A DNA stretch of 64,000 nucleotides from assembly GCA_002633005.1 (NCBI GenBank), contig NMRA01000290.1, positions 485,974-549,973 of the forward strand. Reading direction: 5' to 3'. The notes under the pieces were generated by a model. It searched no databases. It had not been told where the DNA came from and saw nothing but the letters and a program-made list of their open reading frames with translations. The position numbers were made by a program, and so were the translations under genes. Below are positions 48,301-61,400 of the stretch, piece after piece (the stretch's first letter is position 1; each line of letters opens with the position of its first letter). The DNA comes from Phoronis australis. Its lineage: Eukaryota > Animalia > Phoronida.

Positions 48301-49655
48301 CTTTGCAACACAACATAGTGGTCATTTTTATGCGCCCACATATTTATATGTGGACGCATTATGCCGTCATCTCCGTCCGTCCGTATGGGCGGCGTCCGTC
48401 CGGCGTCTGCTGCTCTATCTCCAAAACCCTTTGACATACGTTCATGAAATTTGGCATGTATGTTCCATTCATGAATGGGACGGCATGTGCGAACTTTCGG
48501 ACGGATCCGACTACCGGTGTGCCCCCTAGTGGCAATTTTAGTTTTTTACGCTTAACTTTGTATCTTCAAAAGTCCTGAATGGATTTTCATGAAATTTGGT
48601 ATGTAGGCACCTATTAGTGAGATGACGCTATCCTCCCGTTTTCAGATGGATTTGACATAGTTTGCGCCACCTAGTGGCCATTTTAATGTTTTTGAGTCTG
48701 TTTTTGTGCGTCCACCCCTCTATCAACCAAACCGCTCAAAGGATAATTGTGAAAATTGGCATGTATATGCTTACTATGTAGAGGACGGTTGATGATTTTC
48801 CGACGATTTCGACTATTGTGGCGCCTCCTAGTGGCAGTTTTTTTTTGCACCTATGGCTGTATCTCCTAAACCGTTCGCAGGCTCTTTACGAAATTTAATA
48901 AGTGTATTTATATGATGTTAACAACAGAGGATGACAACTTTTGGACGGATCCGACTCCCAGTGTGCCCCCTAGTGGCAATTTTATTTTTTACGTTTACCT
49001 TTGTATCTTCAAAAGTCCTTAACGGATTTTCATGAAATTTGGTATGTAGGCACCTATTAGTGCGATGATGCTATCCTCCCGTTTTCGGATGGATTCGACT
49101 TAGTTTGTGACACGCAGTAGCCATTTTTACTGTTTTTGAGTCTGTTTTTGGCGTCCACCCCTCTATCAACCAAACCGCTCTAAGTATGATTGTGAAAATT
49201 GGGCATGTATGTTCTTACTATGAAGAGGACGGTTGACGCTGAATTTCCCATGACTTTGATTACTGTGGCGCCTCCTAGTGGCAGTTTTTTTTTTGCCCCC
49301 ATGGCTGTATCTCCCAAACCGTTNNNNNNNNNNNNNNNNNNNNNNNNNNNNNNNNNNNNNNNNNNNNNNNNNNNNNNNNNNNNNNNNNNNNNNNNNNNNN
49401 NNNNNNNNNNNNNNNNNNNNNNNNNNTAATGTCAATGAAATGTATTTGTTTACAAAATGTAACATATTGTCTACTCTGTCCGACACGCTTTCTTGTTGTT
49501 TCCAGAACTTGTATGATCTTTTAATGACCATGTTAGAGGACCGCGGCATCGACAACACATTTGCCAATCAGTTAGTCAACTTTAGCACAGCTTACGAACA
49601 TAACGTGTATGTCAACTTCCTAGAGAATCTTCAGAAGTTTGTTGACCAGAAATGA
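42123..49655 (+). CDS. C1QBP: Complement C1q-binding protein / p32 / MAM33, mitochondrial, 6 exons, 265 aa
   Basis: Exons 42123-42333, 44137-44284, 45663-45738, 46758-46881, 48140-48228 and 49506-49655 are GT-AG and phase-consistent (798 nt). Basic presequence ending CRCCGYHTEGD..FLSEEI, and C-terminal LYDLLMTMLEDRGIDNTFANQLVNFSTAYEH, characteristic of MAM33/C1QBP. Confidence 0.95.
42472..43249 (+). mobile_element. hAT5-like non-autonomous element, copy 2, carrying a tRNA-derived segment
   Basis: Starts CAGTGGAGGATCTAGG and ends TCCACCTATG, with a 5-bp TSD tacta/tacta. Minus-strand A-box TGGTGTAGTGG and B-box GTTCGAGTC at 42713-42767. Confidence 0.72.
44137..44284 (+). CDS. C1QBP: C1QBP exon 2
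   Basis: GDKQMVTFLSEEISMEK...LTKRLEGET; ttttag acceptor, gtacgt donor. Confidence 0.92.
45663..45738 (+). CDS. C1QBP: C1QBP exon 3
   Basis: IKVRFNVNHTVDTEDPVQGGDEESQ; ttcag acceptor, gttggt donor. Confidence 0.88.
46758..46881 (+). CDS. C1QBP: C1QBP exon 4
   Basis: MVSKPPFSVEITKTGQDTLTIQCAFP...; ctttaag acceptor, gtgaga donor. Confidence 0.9.
47600..47760 (+). mobile_element. Degenerate tRNA-derived SINE
   Basis: B-box GGTTCGAATCC at 47654-47664 with a tRNA-like spacer and a gaatgaatga-type tail; no acceptor stem. Confidence 0.4.
48140..48228 (+). CDS. C1QBP: C1QBP exon 5
   Basis: VDEFDIEEIALHGVDWDDSTYVVSAATMDG; tttcag acceptor, gtaagt donor. Confidence 0.92.
48325..49323 (-). mobile_element. 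Helentron/HINE-like element (same family as 27500-29370, opposite orientation) running into an assembly gap
   Basis: Terminal stem-loop atgcgcccacatat-tt-atatgtggacgcat (48330-48359), a (CCGT)n microsatellite, then six ~145-bp monomers with gccncctagtggc. Confidence 0.75.
49324..49426. other. Assembly gap (N run)
   Basis: 103 consecutive n inside C1QBP intron 5. Confidence 0.99.
49506..49655 (+). CDS. C1QBP: C1QBP terminal exon
   Basis: NLYDLLMTMLEDRGIDNTFANQLVNFSTAYEHNVYVNFLENLQKFVDQK*; ttccag acceptor. Confidence 0.95.
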   Translation, partial: NLYDLLMTMLEDRGIDNTFANQLVNFSTAYEHNVYVNFLENLQKFVDQK

Positions 49656-51601
49656 GTGCTCCCATCACCTAGCACTATTGATGGGAGACGTCTTCAAAGC
49701 CGTGATTGGTCGCATGGGATGAATGCCCGTGTTGGCTCTTTGTGTTTTTGGGAGGTACTAGTGCATCACATTGGTGGCATAAATGAACTCCATATTGACT
49801 TCAAGGAAAGAAGTGGCAGTAGTATTTCGAGCAAGATGTGAAAGAGTTGTCTTCCAACATAGCAAAACCCCTTTTAAATTACTATGTCACTAGGTGGCGA
49901 TGCAGTACTAGTTTACACTCCCATGATATTTTATAAGAAAAATGACTTGGTAAAACTATAACTTTTTCATGTTTGTTCAATGGCATGTACAGTGTGAAAA
50001 TTGTATTTGAAATACAATAATGTTAATATAAAGAACACTCGTGCCCTTTATTGTCTGTCTTTGAGACCATTGAGCACACCCAGGTCTAGTCAGTTTTAAC
50101 ATTGACAGCATCCTTTTCACATATTAAGCCTTACAAAGTCTTCACTTTTTGTCATAAACTGCAATTCTATTCTTCAATACTCTGGCCTTTCCTCATAAAC
50201 TGTTACTTCTTGGCCAAAGCATTTTTTCAGATTTCACGTCATTCTTTTTCACATCCATTCAATCCATTTACTACTGGAGTAAGTCCATGCATATTCCTTT
50301 GGGAATGTGAACTCACACATGTAGGGGAGGGAATATGCTTCCCTCTGGGACTGCGGTTATTTTCTCATTTACACTGCTGTTTTCTCGTGAAAACTATTAT
50401 TCTTTCTTGAACTGTAATTGGTAATTGCAAACAATAATTCTACTCTTTCAAACACATTTTTTTCATGAACTGTTCAGTAGTTCCTTTCACTCTGATTGGT
50501 GGAGCTAGTTGTATGTACTTGATGCTATGTTGCTCTGTTTGGTGCCATGTAGTCTGAGTTACTGCTGGCAACCTGTCTGAGAAATGAATTGTATTCATGA
50601 CAAGATTTCAGTAAAATGAGAATGCTTAATTGTGCAATTCTTGTGAGGGAGGATTGCCTAACCTGCACTAACTCAGGGAAATAAACCAGGATGTTGTGTA
50701 CAGATAATCTAAACATTAATAATGGTCACGTGAGCGGTATCAGGCGTCACCTCCACGTCTTGGATATCAACTGTAGTCTCCTTGCATGGTCACCACGAAA
50801 TTCGTACTCAAGACATCCTGTATGGGCGTATTTATACCATAGTCTACATCCGAAATAAAGGGTATTTTCATAGAAAAGTTTCGCTCAAGTATTCGTATAT
50901 AGGCGCTGACGTATATCATTTCTAGACGCGCATGTCTATAAGTGGTCGTTTTATTTGTGTGTGTGCTGTCCATTTTTCAACTTTTCATTTTAACTGAATT
51001 CATGTCAAGTTCTACCATTTTTTAAAGGATAAGTCAGGTTTCACTTAATTAATATTTAAAGAATTTTCTCCTGGGTTTTGCTCAAGGCTTCAGCACTATA
51101 GACGAACTCACTTAATTTCGAATCCAGTGTCAGTTTTGCATATAAATGCAGGCTTAAATGCACACACATAAAGGAATTTCTCGCGTTTTCACGAACTCGA
51201 AACATTGCACTTTCGTGAAAGTGAGCAGCAGTTCAAATTCACACTTTGCACTAATAATCACTTAAAAATGAATCTATGTGGCGGTACACTTAAACCTTCG
51301 ACACGACCGTCTTGGCAACAATTGGGCGAACGACCATAATCTCTAGGGCGTGTAACGTTCTTTAACGAAAAAGAGTTATGACAGTCTGTGCTGTAGCTGT
51401 GAAGCTGAGTCCCCCTGTATAAATACCTTCCATCTCGTGAGCTGATCTCTATGGAAGGTGCTTGACCGATCACTTTAATTAGCGGACCGGGAGAAGAGTG
51501 GTTAGATTAATAATGCAATAACTTAATGTCAGTTGAAACAAACGACTCCGCACTCTATTCCATAAGCAGCACTCTTAGAAATCAAGGATTTGTTCATTTC
51601 T

Positions 51602-54514
51602 TCAGACTTCAAAGATTTCTCCCCCCTCTTTGCCTCCAGTGTCGTCTGCTGGGACCACTGCGTAGACACTGAGCAAACTGGAACGGGCGCTTTCACTCTT
51701 TCCTCGGGCGATAGGTGTCCTTTTTGTATTGCCGCCGTCACAGAAGAACGCCATGCAACCACCGACTATCAACACACAAGCGGACATCAGGCCGACTATT
51801 CCAGCAAAGAAGTTCATCGGTAGTTGTGTGCCATTTTGCTTCGCCCGTTGTTTTTCTCGCTGCAAAGAATCGAGTAAAAGCATATCTTATGTTCCTGTGA
51901 TACCGGATTGTCGCCGTTGTGGAGAAGAATATGTTTTTGCACAAGAAAACGTTTCATGCATCCCTGTGCTATGTTTTTTTTTCAAGAAAAATGCCAGTAT
52001 CACCTCAAGTGATTTTGAATCAAAATGAAACTTTCAGAAACTTTGACGAAGTTGAACATTTTGTAACTTCATACAGGCCGACAACGGTTGTCTTCTAATA
52101 GGGCAGAAAATACGAACCTAATAAAAATTGCTCTAAATGGAATAAAATACTTCGGGTTTATTTCAATCAAAAACTTTGGCGTAAGAAAAAAATAATTCAA
52201 AATAATTTCGCCTGTATTTTGTATAAAGCACACGTATGTATTTGTTTCATATATTTTCAATATTATCGCAGAACACAACAGGGGTAACAAACTAGCGCCT
52301 CCTTTCAAAAACAATTTTTTATCCAAGCCACTACTGTTACTATAAAATCAGCATTGATGAGATTCGAAATGATTATAGGCTTCAGAAGAATTGAGGTGTA
52401 ATTATTACTTCAGACCTGACTCATTGAGTTGCTTATAACTGCAGAATAGTTTCCGTGAGACAAATTCCAAGCGATTTCCTGTAACCTATTTCAATGAAAA
52501 AAGGAACAAGAACGCTTTAGAAGAGTAGATACGCCGCTGTGAAATAAGCAATAATATTATGATAAAACACCAGAGCATGGATTGTAGCAGCTTTAAAATA
52601 TAAACTTATCTCTGATGAATAGTCTTGATGAGTCGGATAAAACTGCTTCTCAACAAGATACATGGAAACATCCAATGAACCTAACACAAAATAAGTCCCA
52701 TAATATTCAATTCATGCAGTCTTTCATTCAATCGGTCTGTCAGCCGGCCAGTCTGTATGCGTAACAATACATAATCTGCCTGTCTGTCCGTCGGTTTGTC
52801 AATCATTTTTTGTAACATCAAAATGAGATTCCTCGGAGAACGCATACAATACAAATTAAGAACCAATGTGCAGAACCCAATTAACCTTGTAGCCGTCTTT
52901 TGAGCCCCCAGTCATTTTATTTTCACCTTGCGACGGATCTGTTAGTCTAGTCATTGCTAGCCGCCCGTCTCTCAAAACTAGCTCTACTGCAATTTTCACC
53001 TTTCGACGGATCTCCTAGTCAAGCCATTACTAGCCGTCCGTCTCTCACAACTAGTTCTACTTCAATTTTCATTAGTTCCGAAGTAAATCATCTTCAACAA
53101 GATATTAGGTTCGTCTGTTCTCGTCTCTTCACTTAAATTACTGTTGATTGATACAGAAATACTACGTTGCTCAAATGAGGATTTAGCCTCGAAATGTTAT
53201 AATTGACACTAATTTATCCATAAGGCCTTGCCGGGCACTATGCAATTATATTTTTCCACAGAAAGTTGCACGCGACGTCCAAATATTGCAAAACCCGAAT
53301 TTTCAGTTGACAAATCGCATTCTTCTTTGTTATGTGAACTCAATGGGAATTAGTCTCGGACTTTTTGTGCTGTCCGTGTTTTCCCACTTGCTTGCATATT
53401 TTAATTGATGTATTTTCATTCCATTTTCATTGCCTTTTCTTGTATTTTCTGTGCTTGTGTGAACTAAATCAAAAAAGAAAAAAAGTTACGTTAGGGTTAT
53501 GGTTAGATACGTGTTTAGGGTTTATATATGCCGTGTTAAAACCAGTTGTTTGCTTGCAGAGTTGAGTACTTGTTTCAAAGTAACTAACAGCTGATTGCAT
53601 AAATTTGCGATTGGTTTTCATCACTCCAGTCGGTCGTTTTAGAAAACAAATTGTGTGTTGTCGGCCTTGTCTGCGTCAAATTTCTCTTGGGACCTGAACC
53701 ATTTAGTGCTGCCGGTCAATATTATGACAATCTAGTGTTAATTTTACAGTCAATAAGAAAGCTCAATTTTCTGCTATCCCTACGGACTACTAGTCAACTG
53801 ATTTCCAAGAATTGAATGTGATGGCGAAAAAGCCGATTACGTATAACCTTCTGCAAAATAATCTGTGCAGTAAATTCTAGTATGAAAACCACAATAGTCT
53901 TCCGTGGACACATTCAGGGCTTGTTTTTTGAAAGTGTATATCAGTTTTAATAAAATTATTGTATCAACATTCTAACTGCTCAAGTCGTGTTCATATATGA
54001 CTTCTTTATATGTGTTAAAAAAGCTATTTGTGGACATTCATGTACAAAAATAGAGGCCCACTCTTCGAAGTTGCACTGCAGCCCATTTTGATGTTGGACA
54101 TCTGTATGTAAATGACGACTTTCAAAAAGAAAGAAATCTAAAAGACAGCATACACGATCTAAATGCCGCTACGCGCGAACAGTATATTTACCTTTATATA
54201 TTCCGCCATTATTAAAAGGTTGCCCATCTTCAATCCCTTCCAATCGCCGTACCGCCAAGACGATTTGTTGGTCTCGTTCTCCCAAGGACCAGACTCCAGA
54301 ACATCTTCCGAACTGTAGGACGAGTTTTGTGTAGAGAGCAGGAACATGTCCAACTTGTCTAAAGGTTTGTCGTGTGGCTCGGCCAAAAGAGAATCAATGG
54401 GATCCAACGTGCTGCTATCTGGTGCGTTGTACGAACCCGAAGTTGTGGATTCCGATAACAGAGGGGGTGAAGACGTGGGCTGTACTGTCGTTAGGAATCC
54501 GTGGCAGTGGAGAA
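51602..54514 (-). CDS. Probable last two exons (54514-54192 and 51859-51602) of an unrecognised single-pass membrane protein
   Basis: Acceptor ccttttcag (54515-16), donor aag|gtaaat and acceptor tctttgcag (51860-61) are phase-compatible. S/T/D-rich stalk with N-glycosylation sequons, a TM segment (FFAGIVGLMSACVLIVGGCMAFFC) and a tail ending IFEV*. The 5' exon was not found; an alternative acceptor lies at 54551. Confidence 0.55.
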
Positions 54515-55239
54515 CTGAAAAGGTGTAATGTCGTAGACTTTTAACAGCACCTATCCGGGAGGGAGGGGGGGGGNGGATGGAGGGTAGAGAGAGAGAGAGG
54601 GACATGGCGATATTTAATTTTCAACTCAGTTCTATTTCTTATCTCACCCTGATTTTGTTCGCTGGACAAATAACACAAGGCCATGTGATCCTTGTCACCC
54701 GACACAATAGACTGTCAAAGCAAAGTTTAAGACCCCGAGAATTTTACTTTATTATTTAAAAAGCCTGAAAATAACAGTTAAACGTTCATTAAACCCATTC
54801 CAGCCCTCAATTCCTTTGATTTGCAATTTTTGCCTTGTACATAAATAGTCACCAAACAGTGCTGGAGTATGGCGAAACATCTTAAAATGTCATTGACATC
54901 GTTATATGGGACATATTGCATAATATTGCCTTATTTACCAACAATGCCAGTGAGCATACAGGTAAATAATATTGGTATTAACAACCTCATGATCACCTCT
55001 TACAATAACACATCAACATTATATTTTGGTAACAGTCCTTCGATATGAGCATATAGAGTTGAAAATGTGACAAGATGCATTCTATACAATCTTCAGGTCG
55101 TTGCATTTGAGCAGACAGAAAAAAGTCTTGTGATTGGGGTTTAATCCATTGAGCACTTGTCCGATCATAGATATAGTAGACATAGTATACAAAGACAATG
55201 ATGAAATTTCCATAATACGGAATTAATACATCGATGTTG

Positions 55240-55480
55240 AATGCGTTACTGTTCAGTGGTGTCCATGTCTTCGACCGGGTCATTGCTAAGTGGATTAAAC
55301 CTCAGCCACAAGGTTTTATTCCGTCTACTCGAATGTAACGAACTCAAGATTGTACAGACTACATCTTGTCAGATTTTCAACACTGCGATTTAACTGTGTT
55401 GTTACCAGAAGTTTGTAGTAGCGCGGAATGCAACCCACTAATTCCGCAGTAGCAACCGAACGCACTACCACTGAGCCAAA
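55240..55480 (-). mobile_element. Degenerate tRNA-headed SINE
   Basis: Minus strand TGGCTCAGTGGTAGTGCGTTCGG...GGGTTGCATTCC (A/B-box-like) followed by a non-tRNA body. Confidence 0.4.
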
Positions 55481-58400
55481 TCCCACGCGTTTAAACATGG
55501 TAGACATCAGCCTTGATTTCAGCGAACGTGTGGCAGGCAACGGCGAGAATTGGTGATTGGTAATAAAATCACAAATTCACAACAGATTTTGTTGTTTTAC
55601 ATATATGGTCACAGCTAATGACTTCAAGAAGTCCACCCCATTCAACAATAATTCCATAAATGCATTTTTCGGTCGCAAAAGCGGTAGTGTTCCTTTAAAC
55701 GCAATTTGGATTTGGTGTAAACCAAGTCCATTTTGCTGTACTATACGATTTTGGCCGGCGCTGATACTGACTTGGAAACTGTGACCTTTTAGTTCAGTGG
55801 AAATCATTAAAAACATCACCTTAAAAACCTTAAACATCACGGGTTCATAACTAAAGCATTAAAACGTGCATCATCGCGTGTACCCAATAACACAGCTTAG
55901 CTCTATGCACTTTTGGTTAAAAGGAACAGCATGTTTAACACGTACAATGTATGAAACATCGGTCATACGACTCTCACATATTGTTTACATTTACAACGTA
56001 TGAAAAATCGCTGATACGGCTCCCACATATTATTTAAACCTAAATAAAAACATGACGACGATTTGACTGAGTTTCTCTAAAAGATTATTTGCATTATTGT
56101 GGAAAACACAATTAAGATTTAACTTCGCTGTTGCCCGCTGAAGATATAGGTGATGCTATTTATTTATCGCGGTGGATTGTCCAACCATCTTCGAACATTC
56201 CGCTTTCGTTTTATATTTTTAGATACAACATGAGTGTCAAAGCAAGGCTTGCCTTGACTGGCAAACCAGCGTCATGTTAACTTGGTTTGCAACATACCCA
56301 AGAGAATATAACTTCATGCACACACGGGTTTTTAGATTCTGGTCCATCCAGAAAGCCAATAATTGCTCTAAGTAAATCTCTATTCCTTTATGATGTGGAG
56401 CCTATGTTAATTACTGTTTTTGTCTCTGAAAGGTGAAAGTATACAACTTCCCAGAATTTGCAGTACGACTAATTTTTTTTTCGTTTGTACTCAAGTTCCT
56501 CCTTTGTAATTACTCGTTTTATTTGACGTACTCATTAACTGAGCTTGATGTCAAATTAAACTAGTTGACGACAGACAGGATTAGGCATCTGGCGGAGATT
56601 AGCATTGTTATTGCGAACCGGCATAAACAGTCTTTGTTCGCAAAAATCGATAACGAAACTCACTCCAGCGTATTAACTTTGTCTTAGACTGAATACGAGC
56701 CAGATAAGAATAGCTCTGAAGTTCTCTAAGATAAAAAGTAAAGGGGGCTAATACATCCATTAGTGCGACATGATATTTAAACCACGAGGACCGTGTAATT
56801 ATCTTCATATTACTGTAATAAACATTCCTAGTACGTATTGCGTTACATACCTGCTGTGAGTAAGGACAGATTATGTACGCATACGGAAACCTTCTGACGG
56901 CCCGGGCTGGGGCATTGCAATCCGCTCTAATGAGGAGTACAATCTACGTCACGGTCACAATAATCATAAATTAAAAGTAGTCATAACGGATCGCATAGAA
57001 AAAGAAATTCGACAATTTGAAGGTAAAAAGGTTATGTTAGGAAACTAAAACTGTGCCAATTCTTGCAATTAGGTAAACCTATAGTATAGGCTAATGACTC
57101 CTAGAGCTGTGTCTTGTCCGATGAGCATATCGGAGGCTCAGGCAAAGGCCGATCTCGTTGGCATCAGATCTGTTCTTGTTTTGCCTCGTTCACAAAATCA
57201 ATGATGGAGATTTGTCTTAAGATGTTACTATTTCACATCAAGATACCAAAATATGTTACTTGTCGGCTTTAGGGTTCTCGTTTTTTAAACAATGACCCCG
57301 TTTAAGGTGATTGGTGTACATGGGATTTGTGACTCTAAGACAGTAGTCTCGGCCACACTACGCAGAGCATAAAAATGCAGCCGTTTTGTTTTTCTTTCCA
57401 GCTGCAGTAGGCGGGCTCACTAAGGTAATCTAAATCCGCCTCGGTCAGCAAAGAGCTTTCGAGCGCTCTCGCCGATTTAGCAGACAACCAGGTTATATGG
57501 GGATGCGTAGGTAAATGACATACACCTTCCAGGCTGCATAAAATCTCAGCGTCCCGACATATACCACCACTCAGCTGCTGTTCACCTACCAACCGTATTT
57601 TGAATGAAAATAGTGAAATGCACATCAAGCACAAATTTAACATTACGTACAAACTGCTATTCAGGTATACATTCCGTCTTTCTAATTCCAACGATTCATA
57701 CACTATGGAACAGTTATATTTGTAAATTCTACAAACCTTTCAAATACACAAGAAAAATGATCTTGGATGCTTCCGTTACCAACAGCGCTCTTGTCATTTT
57801 CACCAAAGGCTTTCAAGTACGTCCTCCATGTTCCTTCAATGTCGCCGGATTCAATCAATCCCACAGCAGAATTCAGTACTCTCAAGGAAACACTACTGAA
57901 GTCAGTATTGGTCAACTCGAGCTCTCCACAACTGATCGCTCTCAGTCAATAAGCAGCTTAATTGAACGTGTTTGATTGCTAATATCTCAACCATGGAATC
58001 AAGTCACCTACTCCACGGTGGCGTGTCCATTTTCATTTAGCAGCGTGATCAGATAAAGCAAACCTTTAGAAATAATAGAAGAGAAAGAGAGTCGGAAACA
58101 CTGCGCTGAAGTCAACTTGTAGTGTGAGAGCTTGCACCGCTGCGTACCGTGTATATATTTCTGCGCTCGCGACAATACTACCCGGGAACACAACATGTGC
58201 AATCCTCAACGCCCTGGGTAATCCCGAGTCCGCACCTTGAATCGGAACTTGGTACACAATGGCAGGGGAGCACCTCAGTATTTTACTGGTGGTGACAATC
58301 AGTCAGAAATTTAAATCATTCGCTGTCATAGAGTTGGCAGGATAAAAAGGGCATTTTGTAAAAACCTTTAACTACGCAACACCCTTTCGTCAAATCATTA

Positions 58401-61400
58401 CAATTGATCAACAACTCTATCCGCGCGAAGGGGTTGTTTTAATAAACACTACCTTTTGATAGAGCGGAGAATCCTGGACTGAAAGTAGTTTTGTGAACCC
58501 TCACTAATAAACACAATGTATGTACAGTAACAATATAGTTCATAATCGGTATCACCGTGGGGGCCTAAGCCCCCGGGTACAGCTTTGTAGAATACTTATA
58601 CCGTAACAAAAAGCGCCCTTTTGCAAAGTACACTGTTTTTAAATGAAATATAATACGAAAAAATACTCTTTTGTTGGGAATCAGCATTGAAAAAGCCATC
58701 CGCGCACCACTTGCTTAAGTACGTCCCTCTCCCTCTCCCCTGGTGATGTGACTCGTCGGCAATGGTATTTTGGTTGAGGAAGGCGCTCTTATTCGGCCAG
58801 TGCATTAAATTATGCTGTTAACATACCACTCTTCTATTAAAAAAGTTCACGTAGAGGGTCAACGGGAACTCGCTTTTTGGTTGCGCGACTGCTGATCGAA
58901 CTTTGTTAATGTGATTTATAGAACGTGCTTGAACTGCTGAGAAAATCATTTACATTACCAACGTCCAACAACGCCAGATTCTGTTTGTTTAGTGTTAATT
59001 CTACTGCCTTAAATCGACCAGCTGTTGAAATGAGTGTTTTTCATGGAAAAACATCTGATTGAGCGGATCATCAAAATTAAATACAAATGTACGTAGGAGA
59101 GAAAAATCAAAGTGACCACAGGCCGCTACATTTAACACACGTGTTCTGTGTAGACAGGGAATATTTGAGAAGAAAACAAGCGATAAAACTACAAGTATAT
59201 GGTTTTTGTGTTTTTTAGATAATATTATGTGCTTGAAAAGAACTTACGAATTGTAGAAGTACATAGCCTCATTTGCTATCTGCGTGGAAGCAGCCAATGA
59301 CGTTTGATTTCTTTGCGAACATGAATAATTGAATAATTTGATTATTTAATAGGTTTTACGAATTGGGTTTCTGGGAAAGTCGTAGGAGCCTTTAGCCATT
59401 TAAAGAACTTTATTGCGTCCCATATTTGTTGGCGGAGAAGGCTAGCGACTGAGAGCAAGTTTTCGAAGAAACAAGCAAAAATGTCGTTTTATGTCGTTTA
59501 TCATAACATGAAAATATGCATAATATATTAAATAAAGTAGAAATTAAAATCTGCAAAGATTGGTGCATCTCCGAATCCGGCTGCAGTGACAATTGTTATC
59601 AAACGGATAGCAGAGGTGACCCGGTGATGACACATTTTTTGGCCCAGCTGTTTAAGCATAAATGGAGGCTTATCGACCTCACCGCGATGACAGTTAGGGC
59701 ATGGCAGGATCAATTTCGGGTCAACGTTGATCGATCTTTTTATGTTTACTATAGAAACTATAATTGAATGATATTGGTCTAAAGACCCGCGAAATACATT
59801 ACATCCGGGTGTCACAGAAGTTGCACGGGTATAAATATTGATTAATAAAGATGGGCACATATCCAAATTTTATGTGTATACAAAAGTCGTTGTTGCGCTG
59901 ATCTGTCGGTTGTTCCATAGATAAAATGGTTCTTAGTTTAGGCCGTTCTTGAAATATTTCGTTTTCTGGCCCTCGACCTACTTTCATCCATCAAAGACGG
60001 ATAGGTCGGTAGGTAAAATATTCCATTCTATTCCTTTCATCGTCAGGAGCTCAGGGCCCTCACATTTTAGCGCGAAATATATCACCAAATAACAAATTAA
60101 AAAAATACGATTGCAAATAAAGCGTTTTCAATCGCGCATACACATTTTATAGTCGGTCGCGTAAGGCAAAACAAATGTAATTCTAATTCACGCCTAACGG
60201 TAATTCAATCATTTCGGCACAGCAAAGGTTAATACTTTCACAGCTCTAAAAGCGCTCACTTAAGTTAATAATAGATCTGAATAGTTCACTATCATTGCTG
60301 CAGTTCAGATGTTTGTTGTTTCAGTTGCAATAGCTCTGCACCAAGTCATCGTCCAAGAAAATGCATGGGTATAGGCCAGTACGTCAGAATAAAACGGTCG
60401 TGTAAACCTGCATTTCACTCTGTTCATCTAGTTAAAAATAATAAAACTAGGCCCTTTACTCTTATAAAATCGGTCTCAAAACATTCGTTACGACGTTAAA
60501 AATCCATTTGCATTACGAATTCAAGTCACAGTAACGTGTTCACGAGTTTTGCGTCGGCTAACCCAGATAAACAGATTTGCTGATGCTGGTTTCGATGTTC
60601 CCGTTGGTAACGGAAATTGAAATCTATGCACGGTAAGGAATGTTATGAGGTAAATTTTATAAGAACTAAAGGCCAAATTAGACTTTTTAACCAGCTAAAC
60701 AGTTTAGATGAAGAGTAGTATTAAACAATGATGAATGTAGAGAAGTGCGACCTTGGCATCAGCATTTCCTATGACTTCAGATAAAAAATTCCCATAATTG
60801 AAAACAACGAAACTTCACTAGCACTTATCTCTGTATTTTTTACCATTTCAAAACGTTTATATTATCTTAGCCTTTTTCTTTACAATACGGTGAAAAAATG
60901 AAGTTGATTTGAAAAACGCAAGTATGCCGTTTAAATACTTGCATCGTACTTTTGAAACACCCTGTACAATCTTCGTGAAATCGCGTTTCATCATTTTCCG
61001 TAATAGATCCATGGAAGTAAATATTTTCTGAATCCTCAACTAATAAATATCTCCTCGTTCAAAGGAAAACGAAAAATCGGAGACACGCTTCCTTCGGCCA
61101 GACCAAAACAAGTGTGCCAGATTTCGCCACTTCGAATCGTCTCATTCGTTGAAGAGATTTCAATATAATTCAAAACCACCAAAAGCAGTGAATTCAGAAG
61201 GCTTGAAAAATACAAATTTTCCATATAGTTGAAATCTGGCTACTCGCATCTTTGACACATAAATGACATGTTTAAACATTCTTTTAAAGATATAAAAATC
61301 TACGAACACATAAAATCAAAACTAAATTCGCATACAATATGAATATTGCGTTAAAACCAACCTGCATCATTTATCAAGAGCTGTACATGCACACTCGCTT

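Noticed and set aside
49166-49505. ORFs spanning the N run
   Set aside because: Artefacts of translating through the gap; only 49506-49655 is coding (C1QBP).
52920-53070. Two-copy ~73-bp tandem duplication (also small duplications at 38757-38802 and 62096-62136)
   Set aside because: Ordinary local slippage duplications with no further structure.
57720-58065. Minus-strand frame with many in-frame TGA codons as a multi-Sec selenoprotein
   Set aside because: The frame also has TAG stops, no selenoprotein-like motif and no recognisable SECIS; it is typical off-frame noise.
61036-61224. 62-aa ORF with a signal-peptide-like start (MENLYFSSLLNSLLLVVL)
   Set aside because: It ends in a stop with no good donor, and lies next to a TACAGGGTGT mariner/pogo-like end (~60957-60966), so it is probably repeat-derived.
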